This document shows positions 10,093 through 19,720 of a stretch of 64,000 bases of DNA, piece by piece (within the stretch, counting starts at the first letter, position 1; each line of letters opens with the position of its first letter). The stretch covers positions 32,001 to 96,000 of the forward strand of contig CAVPOM010000010.1 of assembly GCA_963707025.1 (NCBI GenBank), written 5' to 3'. Both the position numbers and the translations under genes were made by a program. Below the pieces are notes generated by a model, which saw nothing but the letters and a program-made list of their open reading frames with translations, ran no database searches and was not told the origin of the DNA. Source of the stretch: an uncultured Verrucomicrobiae bacterium (lineage in GTDB: Bacteria > Verrucomicrobiota > Verrucomicrobiia > Limisphaerales > Palsa-1400).

Positions 10093-12021
10093 CTAGGATG
10101 TTTGGCCTGCTTCCGTGGCGCACTTCGCGGTTGGTTTGCCAGAACCGGTTGGCACGAAGCCTTCCTTGCGCATCCATTCGAGAGCTTTGCGCCAGCGCGA
10201 TTCCGGCACTTGTTTTTTGCGGTCGTGCCAGCGATGCAAAATCTCGTGGACGATGGCGTCGTCGGTGACGGTCTTGCGCCAGATGAGGAGGTCGTTCCAC
10301 GCGGCGTAGGCGGTGGAGAAGATTTCGCAACGTTCCGTGTCCCAGGAGCGCATCAGATCAATGATCCGCTGAATGACAGGCAGCTTGTCTTGCCAATACT
10401 TTTCGACGTAGGCGCGGTGTCCGCCCGCCTTTTCCAGCGGGCGATAGCCGTGGCCGAACTTCTCTCGCGCGTATTCAGCAAACCACTTTTGTTTCTTCAA
10501 CTCGGCCTCGACGGAATAAATGAGTTTGTTGTCCAGCGGGCCGGCGGCTTCGCGATGATATTCGCCTTGGATTTCCTCGATGCCGCCGATGTATTCGCAG
10601 AGGTGGAGGATCTTCTGGTGCTTGATTCGACCGAACGTCGGCTCAGTATGGAGTTGATGCACGATTTCGGCGGACAGCAGAGCGCGAGCAAAATGGCGAT
10701 TGGGACGCGGGAATGAAACAACTTCGACCGACGTTTGCCGCACGTCCATCTTGCCAGTGACGGTGGCGGCGATAAGCGCGGTGCGGTATTCCTTCATCAG
10801 CTCGATTTCCTGTTCGGCGGTAGCGATTGCTGTGGCGACGTTCTCGGATTGCCCGGCGATAAATCTGACGATCGCGTCCTGTTCCTCGGGGGGTGGAAAT
10901 ACGGAGGGAAGGCGTCCAAATGCATCTGCGTAGAGGCGCAAAAAACCTTCGACCATGCCGGTTGATGACGTTTTGAAAGAAGCAACGAACGCTCCCGTGT
11001 GAAAAAGATGATCGTAATAGTTCACATTGAGGCGCACGCGCGGTCGGAGCACCGTATAATCCGGGCTCACAAGTCCCCTCTGCTTCGCGACAGCAAAAAC
11101 CCCTATGTGCGCTTTCAACTTGTTCAGCACCAAGTCGCCAATGTCGCAGATTTTGCAACCCTCAAAGGTGGCGGATTGTGTCGAACGCTCTTGCATTTCT
11201 GACGTGGGAATCAACCCGTGCTTTTGGCTCATCGACAGCTTGGTTTCCAAACCGGTTTCAGACCGGTTGTTAATTTCTCGAAACAAATGCTTGTTTCTGA
11301 TGATCTGCCAATGATTCGGGATGTCCCCGACGAAGGGGATGCCAGATGGTTTACGTGGCGCGTTGGGATTGATCCCGCGCATAACGACGCGGCTAATCAG
11401 CGCAGTCCTTTGTTCCTTGAGCAGCTCAATGATGCGCTGCTTGTTGGTGATGAACGATTGAATCTCCCGTTCAGTCGCTTCAAGGAAAGCCACGATAGCG
11501 TCTTGTTGCGATAAGGGAGGCTCAGGAAACACTGCCGAACTTAGGTCATGTTGGGACAAACCGTAACGCGTGATACCGTTCGCCGCCACGTGGAATTGTT
11601 CTCTGATTCCAGAAGCCATGAATGAGTAAGTGAGAAATTTTCCATTTAGTGCTGCTGGTTTTGGACGGACTTGTGCAAGATGGTAACCGCAAATGACGCC
11701 TTCGAGATCGGCAGGAACATATGCAGGAACAGCAATGTCGTTCCACATTTCCGAGTCTTTCGTTACCAGGACATCACCCGCTCGCAGCGCAAACTTGGCA
11801 ATTTCATCGGGCGTTGCTGTAGCGGGCATGAAATCAAGGTCGTGCGTGATTTTCTTGTTGTAGTAGACATCCGTGTAGTTGCAGAGCCGGATTGGAATCT
11901 CCTCAGCTTCGGTGTTTTTGTCCACGTTGCTGAATTGGAGGGAAGCCAAATACTTTAGCTTTTTCGCCTGCCAGCCGGTTGGCATTTCCGTTTTCCAAGA
12001 ACTGTGGGAAGATACGGTCAT
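10093..12021 (-). CDS. hsdS: Type I R-M specificity subunit with an extra ~200-aa C-terminal domain
   Basis: Two TRD + PPL/PEEQ..IV helical repeats. The tail FGRIKHQKILHLCE..YHREAAGP..EIFSTAYAAW resembles SocA/Panacea or DarG-C-like wHTH domains. Confidence 0.9.
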   Translation of the reverse strand: MTVSSHSSWKTEMPTGWQAKKLKYLASLQFSNVDKNTEAEEIPIRLCNYTDVYYNKKITHDLDFMPATATPDEIAKFALRAGDVLVTKDSEMWNDIAVPAYVPADLEGVICGYHLAQVRPKPAALNGKFLTYSFMASGIREQFHVAANGITRYGLSQHDLSSAVFPEPPLSQQDAIVAFLEATEREIQSFITNKQRIIELLKEQRTALISRVVMRGINPNAPRKPSGIPFVGDIPNHWQIIRNKHLFREINNRSETGLETKLSMSQKHGLIPTSEMQERSTQSATFEGCKICDIGDLVLNKLKAHIGVFAVAKQRGLVSPDYTVLRPRVRLNVNYYDHLFHTGAFVASFKTSSTGMVEGFLRLYADAFGRLPSVFPPPEEQDAIVRFIAGQSENVATAIATAEQEIELMKEYRTALIAATVTGKMDVRQTSVEVVSFPRPNRHFARALLSAEIVHQLHTEPTFGRIKHQKILHLCEYIGGIEEIQGEYHREAAGPLDNKLIYSVEAELKKQKWFAEYAREKFGHGYRPLEKAGGHRAYVEKYWQDKLPVIQRIIDLMRSWDTERCEIFSTAYAAWNDLLIWRKTVTDDAIVHEILHRWHDRKKQVPESRWRKALEWMRKEGFVPTGSGKPTAKCATEAGQTS

Positions 12022-14159
12022 GCCTCTTCCTCCGCCGTTAGGATGATTTGTTTTAGCAGACCTTCTGTTTTCTTCTCAAGGTTCACCAAGTCGGTGGTTA
12101 TATCGGCGAGTTCACGGAGTGGCTGGTAACGGTAGAAAAACTTTGGGAAAGAAACCTCGTAGCCCTTTACGGTTTTCTTCGGGTTGATCCATGCGTCGGA
12201 GACGTGCGGCAAGACTTCACGTTTGAAATAGTCCGCGATGGTGTCCTTGAGCGGCACGTTCTCGTGGTCGCGGAGTTCAGGGTCAGGCTCGTAACGAACG
12301 TGACCGCCCTCTGCTTCAAACAATCCTTCGTGCCGCGCTTTTTCCCAATCGTAATCCGGCGGAATGTCGAGCAGCATCGGGCCTTCGGCGATGACGGGTT
12401 TGGCCGTCTCATCCCGTTGGCAGAAACCATCGCGGAACAGCCGCTCGCGTTTGGCGTTCAGTTTCACGCCCCGTTCCTTGGCTTTGGTTTTCACCTCGCC
12501 CCATGCCAAATTGAAATCGTCAAACATGGCCGGGCCAGCCTCCTTGAAAACGGCTTCGATCAGTTTGAGGAAAGCGTCGTCGTCAGCTTCGGCGCAGGCC
12601 GGGCGGAAACGTTTCATCCCGGCGACGGTGAAATCCACACGCAGGCGCAACGGTCGTTCGACAGTGATTTGCCAGTAGCCGAAATCGGCATTGTCGAAAA
12701 TCTTGGACTGCTCCGTTTCCTTGAAATCGAGGAAAGTGCGGATGATCTGGTCAATCTGCTCGTCGCTGAACTTGCAGTTTTTCTGGCCGAGATTCTTGCG
12801 CAGCTTGGTGAACCATTGCGTGGCGTCAATCAGTTGAACCTTGCCGCGCCGGTTCTTCGGCTTCCGGTTCGTCAGCACCCAGATGTAGGTGGCGATGCCG
12901 GTGTTGTAGAACAGGTTTTCCGGCAGGCCGATGATGGCTTCGAGCCAGTCGTTTTCCAGAATCCACTGGCGGATGTTGCTCTCGCCCTGGCCGGCGTCGC
13001 CGGTGAAAAGGGCCGAGCCGTTGTGGACGGTCGCGACGCGGCTGCCAATGGGCGACTTGGGGTCGTCCTTCATCTTGCTGAGCATGTTCGCCAGGAACAT
13101 GAGCTGGCCGTCGCTGGAGCGGGTGACGAGGGAAAATTCGTTGTTGCCGTCGTGACTGACGACGAAGCGCGGGTCGCGCATCTCGCCCTTGTCGCCGCCG
13201 CAAAGCCGGTCGAGGTCGGTTTTCCAGCTTTTGCCGTAGGGCGGATTGGCGGCCATGAAGTTAAATTGCAGCCGTTGGAAGGCATCGGCGCTGAGGGTCG
13301 AGCCGAACGCGATGTTGCCTTCGTCCTCGCCTTTGATGAGCAAGTCGGCTTTGCAGATGGCGTAGGTTTCCGGGTTCACCTCCTGGCCATAGAGATGAAT
13401 GCTCACGTCCTTGCCGAGTTCCTCGGCGATCTGGCGGAGCATGAAATCGAACTCGGTCAGCATGCCGCCCGTGCCGCACGTTGGATCGTAGAGCAGATAC
13501 GTGCCGCTGGTGATCTGCTTCTTGATGGGCAGCAAAATCAGGCCGCCCATGAGATGCACCACGTCGCGCGGTGTGAAGTGTTCGCCAGCTTCCTCGTTGT
13601 TTTCCTCACTAAACCGCCGGAGCAACTCCTCATACACGGCGCTCATGCCGTGATTCGTCAGGCCGGGCAACCGCTCCTTGCCCTCGCCGTCGAGGACGGG
13701 CTGCGGGCTGAGGTTGATGTCGGAATCGAGAAACTTGGTGATGAGATGGCCAAGCACGTCGGACTCATCGAGTTTCTTGAGCTGGTTGCGGAAATCGAAT
13801 TTCTCAATGATCTCGCCGACGTTGGGCGAAAAGCCGTCGAGGTAATCGGTGAAGTTGGCGCGGAGTTGCTTGGGGTTGTCGAGCAGGCGGCGTAGTGTGA
13901 ACTGCGACGTGTTGTAAAATGAATGCTTGGAGATTTTGCGGAGCGCGGCTTCTTGATGGGCAATCTTCGCCTTGTCGAGCTGTGCCTTCATTTTGAGCAC
14001 AGCCTCCTTGGTCGGTTCAAGCAGGGCGTCGAGGCGGCGAATGACGGTCATCGGCAGGATGACGTCGCGATATTTGCCGCGCACGTAAACGTCGCGGAGC
14101 ACGTCGTCGGCGATGCCCCAAAGGAAACTGACGATACCGTTGTGTTGCGTGGGGTCCAT
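12018..14159 (-). CDS. hsdM: Type I R-M N6-adenine methyltransferase
   Basis: AGEHFTPRDVV, YDPTCGTGGM and ANPPYG motifs; ATGA overlap with hsdS. Confidence 0.95.
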   Translation of the reverse strand: MDPTQHNGIVSFLWGIADDVLRDVYVRGKYRDVILPMTVIRRLDALLEPTKEAVLKMKAQLDKAKIAHQEAALRKISKHSFYNTSQFTLRRLLDNPKQLRANFTDYLDGFSPNVGEIIEKFDFRNQLKKLDESDVLGHLITKFLDSDINLSPQPVLDGEGKERLPGLTNHGMSAVYEELLRRFSEENNEEAGEHFTPRDVVHLMGGLILLPIKKQITSGTYLLYDPTCGTGGMLTEFDFMLRQIAEELGKDVSIHLYGQEVNPETYAICKADLLIKGEDEGNIAFGSTLSADAFQRLQFNFMAANPPYGKSWKTDLDRLCGGDKGEMRDPRFVVSHDGNNEFSLVTRSSDGQLMFLANMLSKMKDDPKSPIGSRVATVHNGSALFTGDAGQGESNIRQWILENDWLEAIIGLPENLFYNTGIATYIWVLTNRKPKNRRGKVQLIDATQWFTKLRKNLGQKNCKFSDEQIDQIIRTFLDFKETEQSKIFDNADFGYWQITVERPLRLRVDFTVAGMKRFRPACAEADDDAFLKLIEAVFKEAGPAMFDDFNLAWGEVKTKAKERGVKLNAKRERLFRDGFCQRDETAKPVIAEGPMLLDIPPDYDWEKARHEGLFEAEGGHVRYEPDPELRDHENVPLKDTIADYFKREVLPHVSDAWINPKKTVKGYEVSFPKFFYRYQPLRELADITTDLVNLEKKTEGLLKQIILTAEEEA

Positions 14160-14385
14160 TATGAGCAAAGGAGAAAAGTGTTGCCGCCGCGCCGCCGCAG
14201 TTGCTGCCGCCCGCCAGTCGGAAAAGATGTGGTCGCGTTACCCATGACAAAGAGTCCAGTGAGTATGCTCAACACGGCACGAGTTGTCACGATGGGAACA
14301 CAGGCCAGCCAAAGGCGGGGGACGGGCCAATGGCCAGCGTCATGGCGCGAAGCGGAGGTCGCTCCGGTGACGACAAGCGCGAAGG

Positions 14386-16011
14386 CTACATGTAGAACTT
14401 GTATTTCGTCCCGGGCTGAACGTCCTTCGGAAGTTCAGTCAGGATTTTTCCAACGTCACGCGCGAATCGGATGGTGATGGGAATGCCACTGCCAAAGGCA
14501 CAGCTATTCCAATTGAGCTTGGTCAGGGCGAGAATTTCCTGGCAGACCGTCACTGCCGGAGAATCACCGTGATGTTCGATCACCTCCAAGGGGCGAGGGA
14601 TGCGTTTCCCCGGATAGCTTCTCAGATAGGGAACGTAGCCGTTGCAATAGATGAGATAATTTCGCCGCCCGAGTTGAATCACTGTTCCCCGCAGTGGCGG
14701 CCTTTTACCCACCCGCATGAAGCGAGTCTCGCGGGATTCCAAGGCAAGAAAGTCGTAGTAGTAGATTCCCGCGAGCGCCTTTCGCATCCCTCGCAGTTCT
14801 TCCGGCCAGTAACGGGAAGTCTTGTGAACGACGACGCGCTTGGGCGGCGCATTGTGCTGAAGCGTGTAGGACTGAATGGCGCGCGCGAGAAGTTTCTCCG
14901 CGCCGTCCTCGCTGAGATGGGGTTTGCGATCACGCTCCTTGTTGAACACGGCTTTCTCGCCTTTGAGCACAATGCCTTCGCCCGCACCGAATACCTGCGC
15001 CAGGCTGGTTTGCATGTCCGCTCCGATGCGCGGGCTTTCCTTGAAGAACGAAATGCCGACGTAACAGGTGTTGTCGGGCAGCGATTGCAGTCGCCACGGA
15101 TTGTTTCCGGCTTTGTAATAGAGCGCGGTGAAAAGATTCCATGCCACGGAGGCTGGGTTTGAATCCTTCAGAGTGCTTTCCCACACCACCTGGGTTGTGA
15201 AGCCCGTTCGCATGGCGTGGGCTTTGAGCGCATGATGGATATTGAAAAAACCATTGTGGGACGAAGAATCCGTCTGGTCCGTCGTATCGAAGTCCAGCCC
15301 GAGAATCGTCTGTCCGGTTGCGGCCGCTTCGCGCTGCAATGAGCGCTGGAATCGTTGCTGCGGCGACAGGCGGACTCTCTGGCGTGCGAACACATCGCCG
15401 ATGGCAGCGCACGCCGCTTCAACCGAGGGCGGCATTACGAGAACAACGACATCAGGCGTCGGACTTAAATCTTGCAGGGCAGATAGCTGGTCAACGACAA
15501 GTTTCACAACGGCCTCAATCCGTGACTGTTCTTTGTGCTCCGCCGCCGCTCGCGCAAAAAGCTCCTCGTGGATGACTTTCAGGTGCGACGGATTATCGGC
15601 GACAAAGGATGCCCGGAATGTGTGGTCGGGGGAGCAGCCGGGGAAATCGGGGAAACAATGCGGATCGAGCGGCTTCCCGCGTGTGTTGAAACCGGCGGAA
15701 ATTCGGGACTGACATTTTTGGAGGAAATTGAGAAAGGTCTGAATCCCGTCACCTGTGCCAATCACCCCAAAGCGTATTGTTTTGATCGTCGCAGTCTGCC
15801 AGCCAAACGGCCCGTGACTTTCCAACCCGGCTTTCGGATCAACGGACAACAAGCCATCGCCAAAAACGAGCTTGGGCTCTTCCAGGTAAAACGCGCTGAA
15901 AGCAGGCGGGTTGGTGCGGATCAGTTCATCCAAGAATCTTGGTTTCCCATGTCCATCTCTTCGTTGCGAATGCGACCGGTGCGACGGCTTATTCAAACGA
16001 GGTGTCGTCAT
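14386..16011 (-). CDS. Short prokaryotic Argonaute (MID-PIWI), SPARTA component
   Basis: LEEPKLVFG start, HHALKAHAM, WNLFTALYYKAGNNPWRL, CYVGISF, VVVHKTS, EILALTKLNWN, PITIRFARDVGKIL, and YKFYM C-terminus. Confidence 0.92.
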   Translation of the reverse strand: MTTPRLNKPSHRSHSQRRDGHGKPRFLDELIRTNPPAFSAFYLEEPKLVFGDGLLSVDPKAGLESHGPFGWQTATIKTIRFGVIGTGDGIQTFLNFLQKCQSRISAGFNTRGKPLDPHCFPDFPGCSPDHTFRASFVADNPSHLKVIHEELFARAAAEHKEQSRIEAVVKLVVDQLSALQDLSPTPDVVVLVMPPSVEAACAAIGDVFARQRVRLSPQQRFQRSLQREAAATGQTILGLDFDTTDQTDSSSHNGFFNIHHALKAHAMRTGFTTQVVWESTLKDSNPASVAWNLFTALYYKAGNNPWRLQSLPDNTCYVGISFFKESPRIGADMQTSLAQVFGAGEGIVLKGEKAVFNKERDRKPHLSEDGAEKLLARAIQSYTLQHNAPPKRVVVHKTSRYWPEELRGMRKALAGIYYYDFLALESRETRFMRVGKRPPLRGTVIQLGRRNYLIYCNGYVPYLRSYPGKRIPRPLEVIEHHGDSPAVTVCQEILALTKLNWNSCAFGSGIPITIRFARDVGKILTELPKDVQPGTKYKFYM

Positions 16012-17428
16012 CTTCTTCGTCTCCTTTGTCGGCGTCTTTGCCGTCGGTTTGAATTTCAATGGCAGCTTTTTCAAGGTCGGCGTCGTCCTGTGCCAATAGC
16101 GCCTTGATTCTGATTTCGTCAAAAGCAACGCCGCGATCCAACTGGGCCGAGGCTGGAATGGGACTGAGGATAATCGGCTTGTCGCCCGTCCTGATTCGGA
16201 TGGATTTTTCGTTTTCTGCGAGGACTGCGCCCCAGAACAGAAGATTCCGCAAGACATCCGGATTTTGTTGTCGACCGCCCCAAAGCAGCGAAAGTTTGCC
16301 CGCGTTCTTTCCAGCAACTGTCAGACTGCCGTCACTGGTAAAAAGATAAAGCGGTTCGACCGACAGAAAGAGCTTTTCACCCACCCGTTTGAATTTGATG
16401 CGCGCGGCATGATGAACCCAAAAACTGGTCAGTGTGGCTGGGTTTTCCTTCTTGGCAGCAACCGTCCGGGCTCGTCCCTCCCGCATTTGCCACTTCCGCT
16501 CGGTGTTGTCCTTGCCGGGAGTGAAGAAGAAACGCCCTTTGCCGTCCTGCTTGATGTGCTGCAACCAAAGGTGCTTGGACAAGCTCGAATTCAGCAGGGC
16601 CATGAGCCAAGTGGTCCTGTCGTCACGAATGAACCAGTCGTGGCGGGATTCAGGTTTTCCGATGGTGTTAGCATCAACCGCCTCTCTCAGTCGGGTTTCA
16701 GGTGCGCTGAGGTTGGCAAAGGTGTAGAGGCGCTTGTCGCGCAAAATAAACGGCTCGGCCTTGGAAACGACTTCCCAAACCTCCTTCTTTTCCCGGAATT
16801 TTGTGGCGGCGCTCCAAATCTGGCTGGGAAGCGCAACCACGGGGAACAAGTTTGAAAGCAACAGATCCGCCACGTTGTCCGGCAACCAGGAAACTTCAGG
16901 TTGCGCTGTGACGGGTAAAATCGGAGCGCTCGCAGCCAGCGGCGGAAGCCTGCGCCCCCGCTCCTGCGGCAGATTCCGAACCCGGCGAATCAACTCGACG
17001 AAACCTCTTTTGAATTCGCCAGGCTTGCGGCAATCAATGTAACGCAAGTCACGGAATGGGGCGCACAAATCAATGCGTTCTCCGCCATCCGCGCTTCGAT
17101 CCCGAAGCAGGATTGGAATGAGGCGTCCTTGAGAATTGTTTGGGTCTTGAGCAACGATGTGTTTCCACTCGAAGCGTGGCCAGTCGGCTTTGAGGAATTC
17201 AGGCGACAGCACCGCGATGACATGCCGCGCGGACTTCATGCCTTCGTTCATCCGATCAATCAGGCTTTGTCCGGGTGCAATGTCCCATTTATCGAAGAAT
17301 GCCGTCAGGTGGCGCGATGCCTCGTTTCCGTCAATGGTTTCCGACTCGATTTGCTCGGCCAGACGCTTGACCCAATCGAGGTCCGCTCCGTTGTAGCAGA
17401 TGTAAACGTCCTTCTGTTCCATGCTCAT
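15989..17428 (-). CDS. TIR-APAZ effector (SPARTA)
   Basis: TIR domain: DVYICY..D..WV..LA, FFDKWDIAPG, VLSPEFLKADWPRFEW (catalytic Glu). APAZ-like part follows (LLSNLFPV...). Overlaps the pAgo start. Confidence 0.9.
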   Translation of the reverse strand: MSMEQKDVYICYNGADLDWVKRLAEQIESETIDGNEASRHLTAFFDKWDIAPGQSLIDRMNEGMKSARHVIAVLSPEFLKADWPRFEWKHIVAQDPNNSQGRLIPILLRDRSADGGERIDLCAPFRDLRYIDCRKPGEFKRGFVELIRRVRNLPQERGRRLPPLAASAPILPVTAQPEVSWLPDNVADLLLSNLFPVVALPSQIWSAATKFREKKEVWEVVSKAEPFILRDKRLYTFANLSAPETRLREAVDANTIGKPESRHDWFIRDDRTTWLMALLNSSLSKHLWLQHIKQDGKGRFFFTPGKDNTERKWQMREGRARTVAAKKENPATLTSFWVHHAARIKFKRVGEKLFLSVEPLYLFTSDGSLTVAGKNAGKLSLLWGGRQQNPDVLRNLLFWGAVLAENEKSIRIRTGDKPIILSPIPASAQLDRGVAFDEIRIKALLAQDDADLEKAAIEIQTDGKDADKGDEEDDDTSFE

Positions 17429-17459
17429 CAAATGCCTCGGTGTTTCTATCACAACCAAA

Positions 17460-17885
17460 TTATTCCCTGTCGGGATTCGTTGACCCGGCCAGGTGTCCTC
17501 CTGCAAGAGCACCGATGAATGCGCCGACTGGTCCGCCTACGGCGAAACCAACCGCGCCGCCGCCCATTGCGCCGAGAATCGCGTTCTCCGTTTTCGCCTG
17601 TTTCCGTCTCTCCGGCGACAATGGTGCGCGAGTTTTTCCGTTCCAGCCGCGGGCGGTCCGGGTGGTTTTGTTGCTCTTGTCGCCGTTACAGGTCACACAA
17701 GCGGCAAAGAGATTGTTGGGGTGGTCTGTGCCGCCTTTGGAGCGGGGCACGGAGTGTTCGACATGCCACGCGCCTCGCTTTCCCGGTTGCCCGTAATTCT
17801 TGAGGGATAGTTTCGCGTGACACAAATGGCAGTAGCCGCAGGTGCGCCGATAAATGCGGGTCAATACCTGTTGGTCGAATGGCAT
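17460..17885 (-). CDS. HNH endonuclease with C-terminal glycine-zipper hydrophobic tail
   Basis: CHLC..WHVEHSVPRSKGGTDHPNNLFAACVTCN; tail GAMGGGAVGFAVGGPVGAFIGALAGG. Confidence 0.85.
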   Translation of the reverse strand: MPFDQQVLTRIYRRTCGYCHLCHAKLSLKNYGQPGKRGAWHVEHSVPRSKGGTDHPNNLFAACVTCNGDKSNKTTRTARGWNGKTRAPLSPERRKQAKTENAILGAMGGGAVGFAVGGPVGAFIGALAGGHLAGSTNPDRE

Positions 17886-17890
17886 AAGTG

Positions 17891-18112
17891 TCAGCCTCTC
17901 GGCGGGAACGGATCGTTCCCATAACTGTTCTTGTCGCGTATCTTGCCGTCCTCGCCGTGGATGACGACTTCACTGCGTTGGTTTTGCGCAATTTCGCGAG
18001 CCCGTTCAATAGCTTGGTGCTGCGTCGGATGAACTGATGTGTCGCGGCTGTTGCCTTCGCCAACCACTGCCCATCCACCCGTTCTTTTGACTACATGTTG
18101 ATTGATCTTCAT
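17891..18112 (-). CDS. DUF2188-family small protein
   Basis: HVV...GGWAV..EG......TQ..AI..AREIA.....EVVIHGEDGKIR..NSYGNDP.PP.G pattern. Confidence 0.85.
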   Translation of the reverse strand: MKINQHVVKRTGGWAVVGEGNSRDTSVHPTQHQAIERAREIAQNQRSEVVIHGEDGKIRDKNSYGNDPFPPRG

Positions 18113-18195
18113 GATGATGTTTCGTTTGTTCTCGCTTCCTCGTGCGACTCGCAGAAGAAAGCACTTTTTAATCTTTCGGTGGAAGAATACGCTGG

Positions 18196-18217
18196 GGACT
18201 GAGACATCCGCTGTCCC
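18196..18217. promoter_or_regulatory. Candidate operator for the WYL regulator
   Basis: Nested inverted repeats in GGGACTGAGACATCCGCTGTCCC (GACA-N5-TGTC) in the short divergent intergenic region. Confidence 0.3.
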
Positions 18218-18218
18218 T

Positions 18219-19223
18219 GTGAAAAAAAAGTCGAAAATAATTCAGGCAATCGCCACGCGGCCTCAAGTGGAGCGGATGCACGCCATTATCCGTCGGATTC
18301 AGAAAGGCGATTACCCAAGCAGACCGGTTTTGGCCGAGGAGCTTGGATGGACCACCAGAACGATTCAGCGGGACATTACCTTCATGCAGAATCGTGAGGG
18401 AATGCCGATTGAATACGATTTCTCCCGACACGGCTATTATCTCACCGAAAAGTTGGCGGACTTTCCGCTCCTCCAGATTTCGGAGGGTGAAATTGTGGCC
18501 TTGTTCGTGGCCCAAAGAGCGATGGCGCAGTATCGAGGAACTCCATTTGAGCAACCGCTTCGGGTTGCGTGTGAAAAGCTGATGGAGGGGTTGAAAGGGC
18601 AATTCTCCGTCGCCTGGGGCGATTTGGACTCGGCTATCTCGTTTCGGAATATCGAGACGAACCCGGTGGACATCAGGATATTCAAAGACTTGAGCTTTGC
18701 GGTGCAACACAGCCGAGAAGTGGTTTTCGACTACTGCAAGCTGGGCACAAAGAGCTTTGAAACGCGCAATCTCAGGCCATACCACCTGACTTGCATCAAT
18801 TACCAGTGGTATGTTCTCGGGCACGATACACTGCGCAAGGAGGTGCGCCGTTTTGTTCTCGGAAGGATGCAGTCGCTGCGCGTGCTCGATACGACATTCT
18901 CCCGTCCAAGAAACTTTTCGGCCGACAAGTGTTTGAAGGGCAGTTTCGGCGTGTTCTCAGGCGACAAGCCAATTGAAATCCGGATTTGGTTCAGCTCGTT
19001 CGCGGCGCGTCTGGTGCGGGAACGACAGTGGCATCATTCGCAAGAAATCAAGCAACTGGCCGATGACGAAATCGAACTCCGGCTCACACTCACGAGCATA
19101 GTCGAAGTATCGCAGTGGATTTTGAGTTGGGGAGATCACGCAAAAGCCCTTGCCCCGGTGGAGCTTGTTGATTCCATCACAAAAACACTCCGCGAAAGCA
19201 TCAAGCGCTACGGTGCGGCCTGA
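18219..19223 (+). CDS. HTH-WYL-WCX transcriptional regulator, divergent from the defence operon
   Basis: HTH: LAEELGWTTRTIQRDI. WYL: RNLRPYHL..YQWYVLGHD....RRFVLGRM. C-terminal WILSWG. GTG start inferred. Confidence 0.9.
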   Translation: MKKKSKIIQAIATRPQVERMHAIIRRIQKGDYPSRPVLAEELGWTTRTIQRDITFMQNREGMPIEYDFSRHGYYLTEKLADFPLLQISEGEIVALFVAQRAMAQYRGTPFEQPLRVACEKLMEGLKGQFSVAWGDLDSAISFRNIETNPVDIRIFKDLSFAVQHSREVVFDYCKLGTKSFETRNLRPYHLTCINYQWYVLGHDTLRKEVRRFVLGRMQSLRVLDTTFSRPRNFSADKCLKGSFGVFSGDKPIEIRIWFSSFAARLVRERQWHHSQEIKQLADDEIELRLTLTSIVEVSQWILSWGDHAKALAPVELVDSITKTLRESIKRYGAA

Positions 19224-19234
19224 CTTGCGTTTCA

Positions 19235-19396
19235 TCAGATAATCCTCCGCCAGCGATTGAACCATTTTGCAATCGTCCCGTCCGACTCCAGTGGCGGCAG
19301 GGTCACGCGCCGGAAGGGAGGCACGAGCGAGGTTGTGCTTTGTGCGGCGGCGACCACCGTTGCTCCGGCCTCACGGATCACGTCCACGCAGTTGTA
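19235..19396 (-). pseudogene. Remnant of the coupling-protein (traD-like) 3' end with an internal deletion
   Basis: YNCVDVIREAGATVVAAAQSTTSLVPP|FRRVTLPPLESDGTIAKWF matches the C-terminus of 54079-54942 with 84 codons missing. Confidence 0.85.
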
Positions 19397-19405
19397 TCGG
19401 CCGTG

Positions 19406-19648
19406 GCTTCGGTCTGCGACCGGCAAGCGGGGAAAGTGGAGCGCAGGGCGGAGAGGAGCGTCCAGCGAATCGCAGACAGAGCGCAACGCCCGCCGCCGAG
19501 CCGCAGACGGAAGCCCGCCGCGCTTGCGGCGCTATGCGGATGCTCGCTCGTGACGAGCGCGCGGTTTGCGGAGTGGAACGGGCGTGGTCGAGGGGGACAG
19601 GGCCGACCGGCAGCCCGTGGAGCGCAGCACAACCGTGCGTTGGTCACG
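19406..19648 (+). repeat. ~245-bp non-coding direct repeat, copy 2
   Basis: Homologous to 3584-3829 in the same orientation. Confidence 0.9.
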
Positions 19649-19720
19649 GCGGCGCTGATTAAATCGCGCCCGTCACGATGCGGGTCTTCGTGACGGGCGA
19701 AGCTCACGACGGCGGAAGAA

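Noticed and set aside
12204..13895. 563-aa plus-strand ORF
   Set aside because: Antisense shadow of hsdM in GC-rich, codon-biased DNA; no motifs.
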